From Epiperipatus broadwayi (Eukaryota; Animalia; Onychophora): 64,000 nt of DNA. The stretch is from positions 10,788,001 to 10,852,000 of the forward strand of contig JAQFVV010000005.1 of the NCBI GenBank assembly GCA_028023455.1. Direction: 5' to 3'. The notes under the pieces are model-generated. The model searched no databases and had not been told where the DNA came from. It saw only the letters and a program-made list of their open reading frames with translations. Of the stretch, positions 26,499 to 38,892 are shown one piece after another. The translations under genes were made by a program, and so were the position numbers. Positions within the stretch are counted from its first letter, which is position 1. Every line of letters begins with the position of its first letter.

Positions 26499-28544
26499 CA
26501 ATTTAAAAATTGGGATGTTTGTAAAAGTGGCCTTAACAAATGTTAGCATATCCATAAGATAGTGATCTTTTGAAAAGTGATAATGGAAATAAATATTGTT
26601 AGTGATGCCATTTATGATTTTATAAACAAAAAAAAACTGATGAGTGTTCATAGAACTGGAGTTTTAGATAAGAAATAAATATTCCAGAAGTTAGATTTTC
26701 ATCAGTCTTCAAAAGTAATATGGAATACAAATATCCAAGTAACTTTTTAACAATAATAGATTTATTTTGAACAAAAGAAAAGATTAATAAAAAAATAAAT
26801 TAATAAAATGATAAGTTTGAAGTCAATGTATTGTATTTTTTTAATGTAACATTTCGAAATTAGACAGTGAACATTTTATGTAGTACCTGGACTGAAGTCA
26901 AATTGGATTATGATATTATCCATAGCTGCATTTAGAATCCTTGTTAATATTCACCCACTCTTATTTTTAACATTTTTTATTACAAACCTGTTTAAATCCT
27001 TGTTTTTTATCAAGTAGTCCTTTTAATAAATTACTGAGAATAATAAGACTGTCATAAAGGATTTAGTGAAATAAATGTCAATGTATTAAAGTAACTCAGT
27101 ATCCAAATTATGGTGAAGTAATTTGTTTTTGATTAATATAAAAGTTATTTATTTATCATCAATTATTTTCTGTATAAAGAAATGAAATTCATTTACTGTA
27201 TTTTTTTTTATAATTATAGTTTAATAAAACTTAATTTGACTTTCATGGGTTTGTTATATTTAGTAATTTTACCTTTACATCCTCCTTGCACAGAAAATTC
27301 TCACCATATGTATTAATTAAAAATATATGTGAAGCAAAAGGCTAAATGAATTAAATTAGAATAACCACATTGAGAGAGTCGTGCCTTCAAGATGCTTTGC
27401 ATGACCTATTAAACATGAAGACTCATATGTATTGGCACATATTTTCACCAAAACAATTTATTAAATTTGTTTTAACAATATAATATACTTGTTACACCAT
27501 GAAGATCAAAATAGTCACAAAAGCTTTAATAATTGAAATTGTTTGCTTCAATTGTTGTAGGTTAATTTTAAAAAGTTAATTCTAGACTAAATACAATAGA
27601 AATGAAATAAAAATGTCATAGAAGTGAAACATCTCTCCCAGCAGTAGTGTAAATATTCCTATATTAATCTTCTCTTTTTTAGTCAGTCTATTGTCACTCA
27701 TCTGACAACCCAGATAAAGCCTATGACTTTTAACCCATTAGGCATGAATAGCTAGAAATTGTTTACTGGGCATGATTGGATATCTAGTTAAGTGACTAAT
27801 GGCCATTTATCTGAGAAAAACTCTGAGCTAAAAAATTTAATTTTAATCTGGTCTAAACTCAAACTTTAAATATTGGGCATGACAAGCAAATACACTTACC
27901 AATATCTACCTAAAAATAATTTTCAATTACTACCCAAATATTACTGTATATTAGAAGACTTTCAATGTCTTAAGTCTGCTCTATGAAAATATGAATTTAA
28001 TGAGTTTTATAGAAAATAAACATACTATTAAAAAAACAAATGCATTATTTCAAAGATCTGATTAATAAATTTAAAAAGCAGCAAAAAAATGAAAACAGAT
28101 TTTATTAAAATTATATTTTTGAATTACTATTTTTGACAAAAATTTAAAAATATATTTAAACAATCTAACTTGTTTCATATTTTTTATCAATATCAACCAT
28201 TTTGATATTAGAAATATTGTATTAACTTTATAATTCATTGCACTGGAAGTAGTAATTTATTCTTATACATCTACTATAAGCCTGAACAATCAATGGATAC
28301 TAGATGTTAATAGAAAATCTAAATTCCTTAGTGAGGAGCTTGAATTAACATCCATATATCTAGCAACTACCTTTGTTTTTTTATAATCTCCAAAATAATT
28401 AGTTGTGATTCAAATGCATCTTAAAATTTTTTGATCCATTATAACTTATTTACCTAATTTTATATATGTTCGACATTACACTAGAAACTATTTTAATGCT
28501 CTCACTTTTCATTCTTTTTCACTATGTATTGAGGCTAATGCAAT

Positions 28545-28660
28545 GTGCTTTTTTGTAGATGCCTATTAACCAGAAACTAGTCTGGAAATTTTAATAAAGC
28601 ACTATCATGTATCAAGTGATAATTACTCAAGCTTAAGAGTGACTGGATCTTGAGTGATGT
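28545..28660 (+). mobile_element. Old remnant of hammerhead repeat family B
   Basis: 16-bp exact ccagaaactagtctgg (28570-28585) matches the 43614 hammerhead half; ggatcttgagtgatg near 28650 is the reverse complement of the 43572-43586 segment. CTGATGA is lost. Confidence 0.5.
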
Positions 28661-31600
28661 TTATAAAAATTATTAATGAAAACGAAAGTAAGCAGAGAAA
28701 AATCATGAATCTTTATTTGGTATATACTATTCTTGCCAATTACTTTATGTTATTTTTTCATGAAAGATATGAACAGAATTAAATTATTCAATCTAAACAA
28801 AGACTGAATAAAACTGACTATCCTGACTGGTTTATAATCTCATAGTGAAAAACCAGATACATAATTATCTAAATTAAATGGGAATGTGTGAGTGTATCAT
28901 TTACAATTTCAGTATCATTGAAAAAACTTTTCAAACTTATTCTATTAATAAAATCTTACTTAGGATTTAAATTCCAGTTAGAATGCAATTGTTTTTCCCT
29001 TCAGTAAGGCTATATAGCATGTGCATAGGCATATTGTTAAAATAAATGTTTGGTGGATATGGATTGCTTTGAGTTTCTTCAGTATCATTAATGCTAAGAT
29101 AAATAAATTAATTGTTACTAGAATTACTCAAGATTTTTATAAATGAAATAATTTTTTTCTTATTTAACAATAATTATATGTCTTCACTTTTTTATATTTT
29201 TCTTTTCTCAGTTTATATTTTTAATTCTGGAAAATTTTCCAAAATTTTTATTATCAATTGTAAAACATCAATTATTAGCACAAAGAATAGCTTTGAAAAA
29301 TGTTTAGTATTCTTTATTAATCTTCATTACTTTCATTATATTCATTTATATGCACTTGAATTGAATTCAGTTTTCTAACTTTATTACCATGTATGTCTCC
29401 ATGATTACATGCTGAATTAATTTGCACTTATACCTTCCTAAATTTAACCAATAACATTTAACTATAAATACTCAATTCCACCAACAACTTAATGAACTTT
29501 TCTTAATTCTTTCCAAAAATGATTATTTCAAAAAAATGAAAGGCATTAAAAAATATTTTAAAAAATAATAAGGATTATATTATGAACAATTTGTCTCGTA
29601 TTAAAATGGTCTTTTTTTGTATAAATGTAATGCAAAATGACTGTTTAGATAAAATAATTCAAAATTTTAAAAACTTGCAAACTACTATAATTGTTTATTA
29701 TATTAAAAAAAGATGTAACACTAGACAGTCAGTGAGGTTGGGAATAAGATGGTGTGTTTAATTGTTGGTTATGATCTTATTTAAAAAGACAACTCTATAA
29801 AAGTTCTTATGAACAAGTTTATCATTTATCTAACTTATCTTTATATTTCAATTTGGATGTTAAACATAATCATCATCAAAATGAGCACTAAGAATAATAC
29901 AGATTTATGATTTTGTTACTTGAGTGAAATACTAATAGGAGTTTCATTTTAGCACTTGCTGATAGGTTTGAACATTGGTGATTTTATTAAAATATAAGGA
30001 TATATAAAACTTTAGTATAAGATATAATAAATGAATTATTGATGTTTAATATAATGGAAACAATATTCACCATTCACTTCTTTGTTTCTGATCTGATCCA
30101 ATAAATAGTTAAGTTGTTAGATTGTTGGCAGGCATACATTATTATTTAACTAATTTTTATAGTTAGAATGGGATCAAATTCACATAATAGTAAAGATGCA
30201 TTCTTAATAAGAGATAAATTATTTTTTTAATAACAAAATTAAACAAAAATACTTATATTATGTTCAATGTTTAGATATTTGATGGAAATAAATAATAATA
30301 TGCTGGTTTTGATTATTACAAAGCTTTTATTGGATATTAATAACATATTAGATAATCCAAAATCATTTGGGGCTATGCTTGCTTAAATGACACTGAATGA
30401 AATGCAAAGATACTTTATTATTATATTTACTATTACAATATAACAGCATATTATCACAATAAATTGTTTGGGCAAACAGATTATTTAGATATATAAACTC
30501 TTTCAAGATATTAATTTTATTATTGTAGAAAATTACTTTAGCATCACATAAATTATAATATAAATGCAAATATGTATGTGTATATTTTATATAGGCATCC
30601 ATTGCCAAGCACACTTTACATTTCAGTACACTCAATATAAGTAAAGTAATAAACAAAAAATGTTGAATCAATGGAAATGCACTTCAGTATGAGTAAATAA
30701 GGGTGATAAAAAATTAAAGAAGTGAATCACAAAATGAATAGACATCTTTCATTCATCATGAGTAAATATAATACTTATTACGATGCCTTTCATCAGAGTT
30801 GATAAGCAAAATAATTAAATAACATTCAGTAATCAACATTGAAAATTGCTAAAAAAAAATATTAAATGCTTATTAATACAATGGCAACAACATCAATGCT
30901 CTCCATTACCTACATTAAGGTCAGTGTCTTCATTATCTGAATCATTAATAAAATAATAGGTTATCTTAGTGCATAGTGGAATATCTCAAAATAGTAAATC
31001 ATTATTAATCTTGTACTTTAATCAAGTAAGGAGTATTGTTACTGATATATCAATATTCATATTAGTATAAAAGAAGAGATGAAATCGAAATAAGATTAAG
31101 ATTATTCCTACCAATAAGATAAACTTTCATAAAAACACAAAACTATGAATGATTAATATAAGGGACCAATGATCTAAGAATTACATTACTCATACAAAAT
31201 GGGTATATTTTATGATTTACTGCATATTAATACAATTATTTTGCTCCACTTTAATGTGTAGGCATACATTTAATGTATTGTTTTAATCAAAAGTGAAATA
31301 TACTATTTTTTTTTTTGTAAGATCTATTCATGTTTATTTCTTAACATAATATATTTAACATATATAGTTTGATATTCAAATTATTTGATTCCAACACATA
31401 TATACAATACAAATAAATCATTTCTTAATAAGTTACTCATAACATAATATACTTTTATATATTGACAATATATGAGAATCATTATAATGTTAATAATCAT
31501 CTTTCAACAAAATGTAGTATAAGAAACAAGCCAATTTTAATAATTTACATAAGATGTAATAAATTTATTCTAAATAATTTGGACATTTGTTTATTGCATT

Positions 31601-33039
31601 ATCTTTCTAAATCTGGCTAAAAATTTAACTCAAATAAACAATAAAATTTACTTAATTTTTTCTATTAATTTCCAAAATATTTTATAGCAGTTGTACAAGA
31701 AATATTTTATGGGTTGAAATAGGAAGCTAAGAGATTCAAAGTAGATTATTTAAATCATCTAGATTTTTAAGATGGTGTAATTATTTTTGTTAATAATGTT
31801 TCAGGAAATGTGGCAAAGTTATCAGATGAAAGTAAGAAAATAGGACTAAAGATAAATGCAATATTCATTCATAGAAGATATTATATAATAGGGTCCCTAT
31901 GAGGACCATTTCCCCCTTGTTCTCAACTAAAACGAAATTTCCCTGACATGCTCCCATTTACAAAGCTCTATTGAAATGTGCAGTAATGAACAGGAGAAGC
32001 AGATGATTTTAATTCAGCAACATTTTCTTGCAAGGCAAGGTTTTAACATGACAGTACATTTCACATGGTAGCCCTTTTGAAAATCAGATCTAGTACACTT
32101 GGTAAACTTCTACTCCATTTTGTTTAGTTTACTAAATTCTTCTGTTTGCATTAACATCTTGTTAAGTCTATCAAAAAACGGATTCCAAGAGCTATCCAAG
32201 ATTTTTTTTTTTTTTCTGGCTCTGCACTAACTCCGATGATTGACTTTCTCTGCTGGCTTTCTGATTGCTAACTGCTCTCTGACTACCACTTTTCTCTCTG
32301 ACTATTAACTGCTCTTGACTGATTACTATATGCACACCAAAGAACAAAAATGTTGTAATATTTTATATTGATCTAAATTAATTTATTTTTCTAATCAGCT
32401 TGCAGGTGTCTTTTAATCTTTATAAAAATAATTTTAAGCTTTTTTTTTACAAAATGCTTTACCAATTAAATTTGGATAATATACCTTGGTGTATCTAAAG
32501 AAAAAATAATTAATATATATATCAATGAGACAAATTCTTAAATTATCCACCAAAAGGAATTATAAGAATTTGGATACAACAATGTCTCTAAGTAGACTGC
32601 GATATAATTAAACACTTAAAATTTTTTCTATAAAATATTTGTACTCAAGGACAATTGATGCAATCTTTTTAGTATATTTTCTTTATCTAGAAATTTGATT
32701 AAACAAATTAACATACATATAAAATACATTAAAGAAAATTAACAAAAATTAATATTGCAAATAAATATATATATATATATACTTGCAATATGCACATATT
32801 CTACTAGCAATATAATATCCTTTGGTTTTTAAATTATATTTATACTTTTACATTTTATGAGTCAACTAACACTTCAGTACAGCAGTGCTAGCTGATCAAA
32901 AGTTGTTATGAAGGTTTGATAATCATGAGTTACCTTCACATTATATATCTATCTCTGGCTGTAGCATCAGGTCAATATAGCAATTTATTAGGCCATAACT
33001 AGTTCACTTACTTAGGGTTTGCAGTGACTAAAGTGAACT

Positions 33040-33623
33040 AGCTCACAAATAGAAGTAAATTAAAAAGGTTTTACCCAGAAGTAATTAATAATCTGGGTTT
33101 GAACCCTAAAATAAGGCACAAAACTATAAGTACAAAATAGTAGATAGATACCCATGTCATATTCTGCATGTTCAAGAGCACTACCAAATGGATTCCAGCA
33201 CTGATGATTGGACTTGAAGGCTTCAACTGATAGTGGTTAAAACTGCTGATGGAACACAACATCATTGTCATAAGAACCAACTCAGATTAAATGAACCCAT
33301 AGTTCCAAAACCAGCTACCAACAAAACCTCACCAGATGAAAAAATAAGTGTTTAGTGAACAGTGATGTGGTATTAACCAGCTTTTTGAATCTACATATCC
33401 AAAACCACCCATCAACAAAAAATTATCAGATGAAATAGTTGCAATTGACCGGTAATAAATCATCAGCCAGCTGTAATGGATCTTCAGCTCCAAGAACTCC
33501 AAATAATGACAACAATATACCTACTGAGAACATCACCAAGCCAAAAGAAACAAAGTGAAGAAGACTTCCAAGATATCTGCATGACTATGTTCTCCAGGGT
33601 TAATTTTATCCAGGGGGAGGAAA
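33040..33623 (+). mobile_element. Ty3/gypsy integrase C-terminal tail and polypurine tract
   Basis: TTKWIPAL..., VVKTADGTQHHCHKNQLR and a PRYLHDYV-like end, followed by agggggaggaaa (33612-33623). Confidence 0.75.
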
Positions 33624-34343
33624 TATCATATCTCACCTTGCCTTCAAATAATGGATTAGTCCAGATTCCTTTCTTATCATAATCATATTGAACAATCATT
33701 GCCATTAACCAATGCATATATATAAAGATAACACATAGCCAATGGTAAGAACAGGCCAATAGGTAATGATGCTCACTGAATCTGAATGTTTCCATTAAGA
33801 TTGGAGATCTAACAATAAATAGTGTTTTTGAATGTAAGGCAGAGAATGGCTGTCTAACCTGAAAGATAATGTGCATTCTCCAGAAAATAACTGTTAAACT
33901 TGAATAACAGTAGCCTAGTTCTCCATATATGGTCAAAGGAAACTCTAGTTAACCTGAACAGCAGTGAGTTCTCCAGTCTATATCTATTTAAGTTAACAGT
34001 TAATGCAGCAAGGCAAGTCCACGTTCAGGTCCAGAAGCTGCTCAGAACCAAAACCAACTCAAGGCAAGCTGTAAATACAACCAGAAAAGTCACTGTGTCT
34101 AATTATGAGGCAGACTATCAAGTACAGTTGGAAGTGTGTACAGAAATCTATAAGGGCATATGCAGTCCCTTCTACAACAAATCACATTCGAACTGGTAGT
34201 CATCATTACTTAAATCTATAAGTATTGTAAACAGATTAGAAATTGGGTATATGTTTGTATCTAAATATAACTAATAAATATATTATTAAAACTTGATTAT
34301 ATGAGTAATCCAGACTAAACACAACAATTATAAATAATAAAAT
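33624..34343 (+). mobile_element. Probable LTR plus leader
   Basis: Begins right after the PPT; three ccaat boxes, AATAAA at about 33814, candidate PBS tggtca (33930) or tggtag (34194); gag ATG at 34344. LTR right end uncertain. Confidence 0.5.
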
Positions 34344-35430
34344 ATGGCATCAGTAAGGTCTGCAATCCATGAGTTTGATATAACTAGAATTGGCTTATGG
34401 AAAAGTTATGTAGCACACATTAAATAAAGTGAAAGATGAGTATCTCAAAATGTTGACTTTTCTCTATTTTGCAGGTTAAGATAATATACAGCTTGCAAAT
34501 AGACTCACTGGTCCCAAACATCTGGAGGAACTTAACATATAATGAAATTGTAGAAATTTTAAATGGATATTTTGCTCCAAGAATTTCTAAATGGGTAGCA
34601 TGGCTGAGATTGAGAAACTGAAAACAACTACCACAAGAAAAATATGTGGACTATAATTTAACTTTTAAGAAATCTGGCTAAACACATTTTATTCTTGATA
34701 AATGATGTATTATTGGAACAATTCCTATACAGCATAGAGGATGAGAATTTCTGACTTAAGTTATAAAAGAGCTGTGGAGAAATGTGTTGCACAAGAAGCT
34801 TTATAGAATAATGTGTTGCAGTTTATAGAGCCATAATAGTTGGAGAAAATTTTGCTAATAAATAGAAAATTAAAAAAACTTGTTATAAAGTCCTATAGTG
34901 ATAGAAAAGAGTGAAAGTGCTATTGCTGTGGCAAACAAAGACATTTTAAATATAAGTGTAAATATAGAGAAAAAATGTAGAAACTATGATAAAAAAAGAC
35001 ATTTAGCAGCTGTCAGTCATTTTGGGACAGTAGAGCTACTAATTTCATAAAAGTGGATTATAAATCTAAAAGATTAAATTATAAAAATGTTAGTATAAAA
35101 ACACTGAATGACAAAAAAATGGACCACATATATTTAAATGCAGCTATTTGTGGTCAAACTGTAAAAATGGAAGTTGATAGCAGAGCCAGTCTGTCAATAA
35201 TATCACAGAGATTGGATTAAAATTAGTGGAAAATGTAAAAGGATTTCAAGATAAAGATGTGATAACCATAGACATAAATGGCAATAAAATTGATATTTGA
35301 GGAAAAGTGGTAGTGGCTATAAAATTAATTTCTAGTATGAAATGGCTGACACATTATGCAATAAATAAAATTTTCTGTCCATTGTTAGGAAAAAATTGGT
35401 TCCAACTCCTGGGTATTCATCTAAATGTGA
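34344..35430 (+). mobile_element. Decayed Ty3/gypsy gag and protease
   Basis: MASVRSAIHEFDITRIGLWKSY start, zinc knuckle remnant CYCCGKQRHFKYKC, protease QTVKMEVDSRASLSIIS and LLGKNWFQLLG; many stops. Confidence 0.85.
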
Positions 35431-35479
35431 ATAATAACTTGTAGTATAGCTATAGCAAATTGGGTGGGAAAAAAATCTA

Positions 35480-36045
35480 AGAGTCCTTAACTGACAAAGC
35501 TAGTACCACCTACTTATAAAACTTATAACGGTCAAAATTTGGGACAAGTTTCTAGTAGGAGAAAAAATGTGGATACATGACTTACTCATTGTAAATGGTG
35601 ACCAGGCAAATAGTGAAATTATCAAAGAATATAAGAATAGAAAAATTACAGAATGGATAGGTTTTGAAAAGACATGTTAAACACAGTCATTATGAGGATA
35701 CCTTGCTAATATTCATCTAAATAAATCCTTAGAGGAAAATTAAGAGAAAAAAAAGTTTTTTATTGAAGGATTTAATTAAGCCAATAAACATCACATGATC
35801 ACCATTATATAGAGAGTTTTGCCTGTTTTAATAAGGATTTAATTACTGATTCAAACCAAGTTAAAGTAATTGATGATACACAGGTGTTTGTACAGGAGGA
35901 AAAAGAAGGCAGAACTACTTCAAAAGATGAAAAGAAAGTTAATCCCAAAACTCCATGTAAATGTAAAAGTAAACCACGTGACAAGTTTAAAGATATAATA
36001 ATAAATTAAGTCCATATTTCTAGAGCAGGGGAATGAGTGAAATGT
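35480..36045 (+). mobile_element. Second integrase-tail remnant and purine tract; RT/RNase H/integrase core missing
   Basis: FLVGEKMWI..KW*PG..KRHV-like and KPRDKFKDI peptides, then ggggaatgagtgaaa-TG; about 43-bp imperfect tandem duplication follows. Confidence 0.55.
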
Positions 36046-36199
36046 CTGCATGTATAAAACCATATATGTAGGGGAAGGAGTAAAATGTTCACACATATAA
36101 AACTATATGTAAATAAAGATTATTTATTTTTGAAATATGAATTTTTTTCTATAGTACAGGCTTTTCATACCTGCACTTCTAAATGTAATATATAAGTGC

Positions 36200-36410
36200 T
36201 TTGAACTCAGACGTTCGCATGATCCTCGACAATCAATGCTATCTCATACTACTGATACATCTGATCATACACATGTCAAAAAGATAAATAATCACCAATA
36301 TAAGTATTTTGTGCTAAACCAGTACTCATCAGTTGGTCTAGATTATCATCTCCACACATATATACAAAGCTCAGCTTATATTAAGATAGCCAATCTTCAT
36401 ATTTTTTGTA
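36200..36410 (-). mobile_element. Hammerhead repeat family A copy with G12-mutated ribozyme (36294-36337)
   Basis: Minus: accaa-CUGAUGA-guacu gguuu agcac-AAAA-uacuu-AUA-uuggu; flanks align with 9640-9800. Confidence 0.75.
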
Positions 36411-36949
36411 AATAGGCACAGATGTCTTCACTTTAATATTCCCTTTATTGGAGAAAATTATTCTAGAAATTTACATGAGAGATCATCCCAAAATTATAGG
36501 TTAAATTAGAATAGAATTTGTATGCAAATAAAGTTAGTTGCATACAAATTAGATCGTATACATATTTATTCCCCCCCCGGGTAAATGAAGAAGAGGGAGG
36601 AAACAGCTAAAATGATTAGAGAGAATTAAAGTTGATGGTGATTTGAAGTGATAACAGATCAGCAGTAAAGAATGGTCAATGATAGACTAGTGGATCAATT
36701 AGCAGTGATTAACTCTAAAATGAAACAGTGGAAGCAGTTACTTGTTCAAGAATTGAAAAGCGTATTACCAGTGAAGCATAATTAACGGACAGAGATTATT
36801 AATATATAACAAATAACTTGTGTGAGCTTATATAAGCACTAATATTGCGAACTTTTTTAGATTTATTCTAGATGGGAAAATTATAATAACTGGATTACCC
36901 TTGGTGTGAAAGAAGGCTGTTTTCAACCAAGGAAATGTTTATATTATAG

Positions 36950-37658
36950 TGTTTTGTAAAAAATATTTACATTGACATCCAAGTATAAGTTTTTACTATA
37001 GAAAAAGTAAAGAATATATAGAGAAAAATATTCTACATTAGATCGCTAACTGATATGTTTAATTTAATTAATGATTAAATTTACGTATTTGTGATAAGAA
37101 CATTGCGTTAGATAAATGCCAAGAAATATTTGCTAATTACAAATATTTCTTGATACAATACAAATCAATACAAATTAATTTCATGTGTAATTAAAAACAC
37201 AAAGAGAAATCCAAGACTGATAACATCAAAGATGAACCTTGGATTGCCGAAAGCCAACTGAGTTTGAGCAAGCAACAAAGTGTATTATTCTACTTCCAGA
37301 AAGTTATCAAGTGGACAGTACATGTAGCTGAAAGAAATTTACGTGACAGTGTAGTGCTCTAGTGCGAAAATAATGTTCACGAGCAGCAGCTGATCAGGGC
37401 TCAAGAGTTTGGGGGAAAAAAGAGGCCGTAGGAAACTGTCGAATAAGCAGCCAGTCGTGAAGTGCATCGGGGAAAATGAACTAAAATGAACTTTATATAT
37501 ATATGTAGTGTTGTGGATGTAGCAATAACTCGTCATGGAAAGTGAATCAAAGTCAATTATATATATATTGTGTTATGTGTGTAGCAATAACTATTCGCTA
37601 TTATTATTATTATTTTGTTTGTTGGTATTCAGAGTGCTTGCATCTCGAATACACAACA
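36950..37658 (+). mobile_element. Solo LTR-like element, older copy
   Basis: Aligns along its length with the reverse complement of 38075-38892; TG...CA ends; imperfect 5-bp TSD tatag/tatac. Confidence 0.6.
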
Positions 37659-38074
37659 TATACTGTATGAATATAAATGAACTATACCTTTTTATGTTAT
37701 TATTATTAAATAAATATTATATACACATTGTGAAGTATACTATTTTTTTACTTAGTTCCCTTACTGGTCTTTAGAGACTCTCAGGATACAGCAGAACTTA
37801 ACAAGAAAAAGAAAATATGGCCATTCGATTTGGTCATTTGAATTTTTTTATCTTAATAGTAATTATGTGAAACAGTGTATTTGCTTAATTTGTAATGAAG
37901 TTTTGGCTGCTGAAAGAATGAGACCATCCAAAGCAAAGCAACATCTTAGTACCAAGCATATAACATACTGCAATAAACCAAAGGGATATTTTGAATGACT
38001 TCTAAAATTCTCAAATACAGAAAAAGTGTTTTGAGAAATCATTTGCTGTTAATGAAAAATATTTATTTGCATCT

Positions 38075-38892
38075 TGTTGTGTCCCCAACTAACTGCACCA
38101 ACATGCTATGCATTTGAAATGCACGCATTCCGAATACCAACAAACAAAATAATATATACAGAATAGTCTGCTACACAGGCCACACAAATATCTCTATAGT
38201 TTCCTATGGTTCATTTCCCTGGATGCATTTTAAGACTGGCTCCTTCAATGACAGTTCCCATGGGCTTCGGTTTCCTAAACACTTTGGCCCCAGTCCAGTT
38301 CATCTGCACATGAACACATCTGGCTTCATCATATAGCACTGTGACCATCACTTTAAGCTCCTTATAGCTTCCATCTCTGCAACAGTCCACCTGTAACTCC
38401 ACTTGAAAACCACTGGAAACTCAACTCTTTGCATAGCTGCTAGCTGGACGGTTTCCTCAGGCTACGGTCTCCCAATCTCTGGACCTGTTCATCTATTACC
38501 TGTGAACACATTTTCCATTGAGCATTGCACATTAACCTAAGCACTGACACTAGATCTCTGCTACACCAGAAATGAACTGGAAAATCAACTGGAGATGCAC
38601 TCGAATGGTCCACATACTTGTTACATACTTTTTTATAGCTTTCTAATTACTCCTACAATTAATTACCTTCTCCATATAAGGTAAGGTATTTAGGTCCATA
38701 GCTAATTAAATTGTGCCTTGGGAATTCCTTACCATATAAGGTAATTTACTCTCTTATCATTGCTCGCTATTATGTTAATTCTTTAATTAAATTTTTATCA
38801 GTTATCAGTTCACAATCTAAAAAAAATCTCTAATAAATTCTAGTTTTTCTGGAGTGCACAAACTTGTATAATATTTTTACAAAAATACAACA
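38075..38892 (-). mobile_element. 818-bp solo LTR inserted in hAT copy 2
   Basis: TGTTGT...ACAACA termini, exact 5-bp TSD catct (38070-74, 38893-97); removal restores the transposase reading ASYKTSYLI. Strand assigned relative to the 36950 copy. Confidence 0.85.

Noticed and set aside
26637-26670. CTGATGA in the 3' flank of ZNF gene 1
   Set aside because: No stem II or GAAA; the paralogous gene 2 region lacks the heptamer.
32945-32980. Minus-strand ctgatgctacagccagagatag resembling a family B hammerhead
   Set aside because: Too degenerate and no flanking family homology seen.
33197-33215. Other isolated CTGATGA or TCATCAG hits (here, about 30790, 33460, 40433, 53678, 56626)
   Set aside because: No flanking helices or GAAA at proper spacing; two fall in integrase or RT (YTDD) coding remnants.
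38211-38402. Minus-strand ORF with a possible decayed gag zinc knuckle (..GHWAKVCR-like)
   Set aside because: It lies inside the TSD-flanked solo LTR, and the homologous copy at 37300-37500 does not keep the motif; coincidental.
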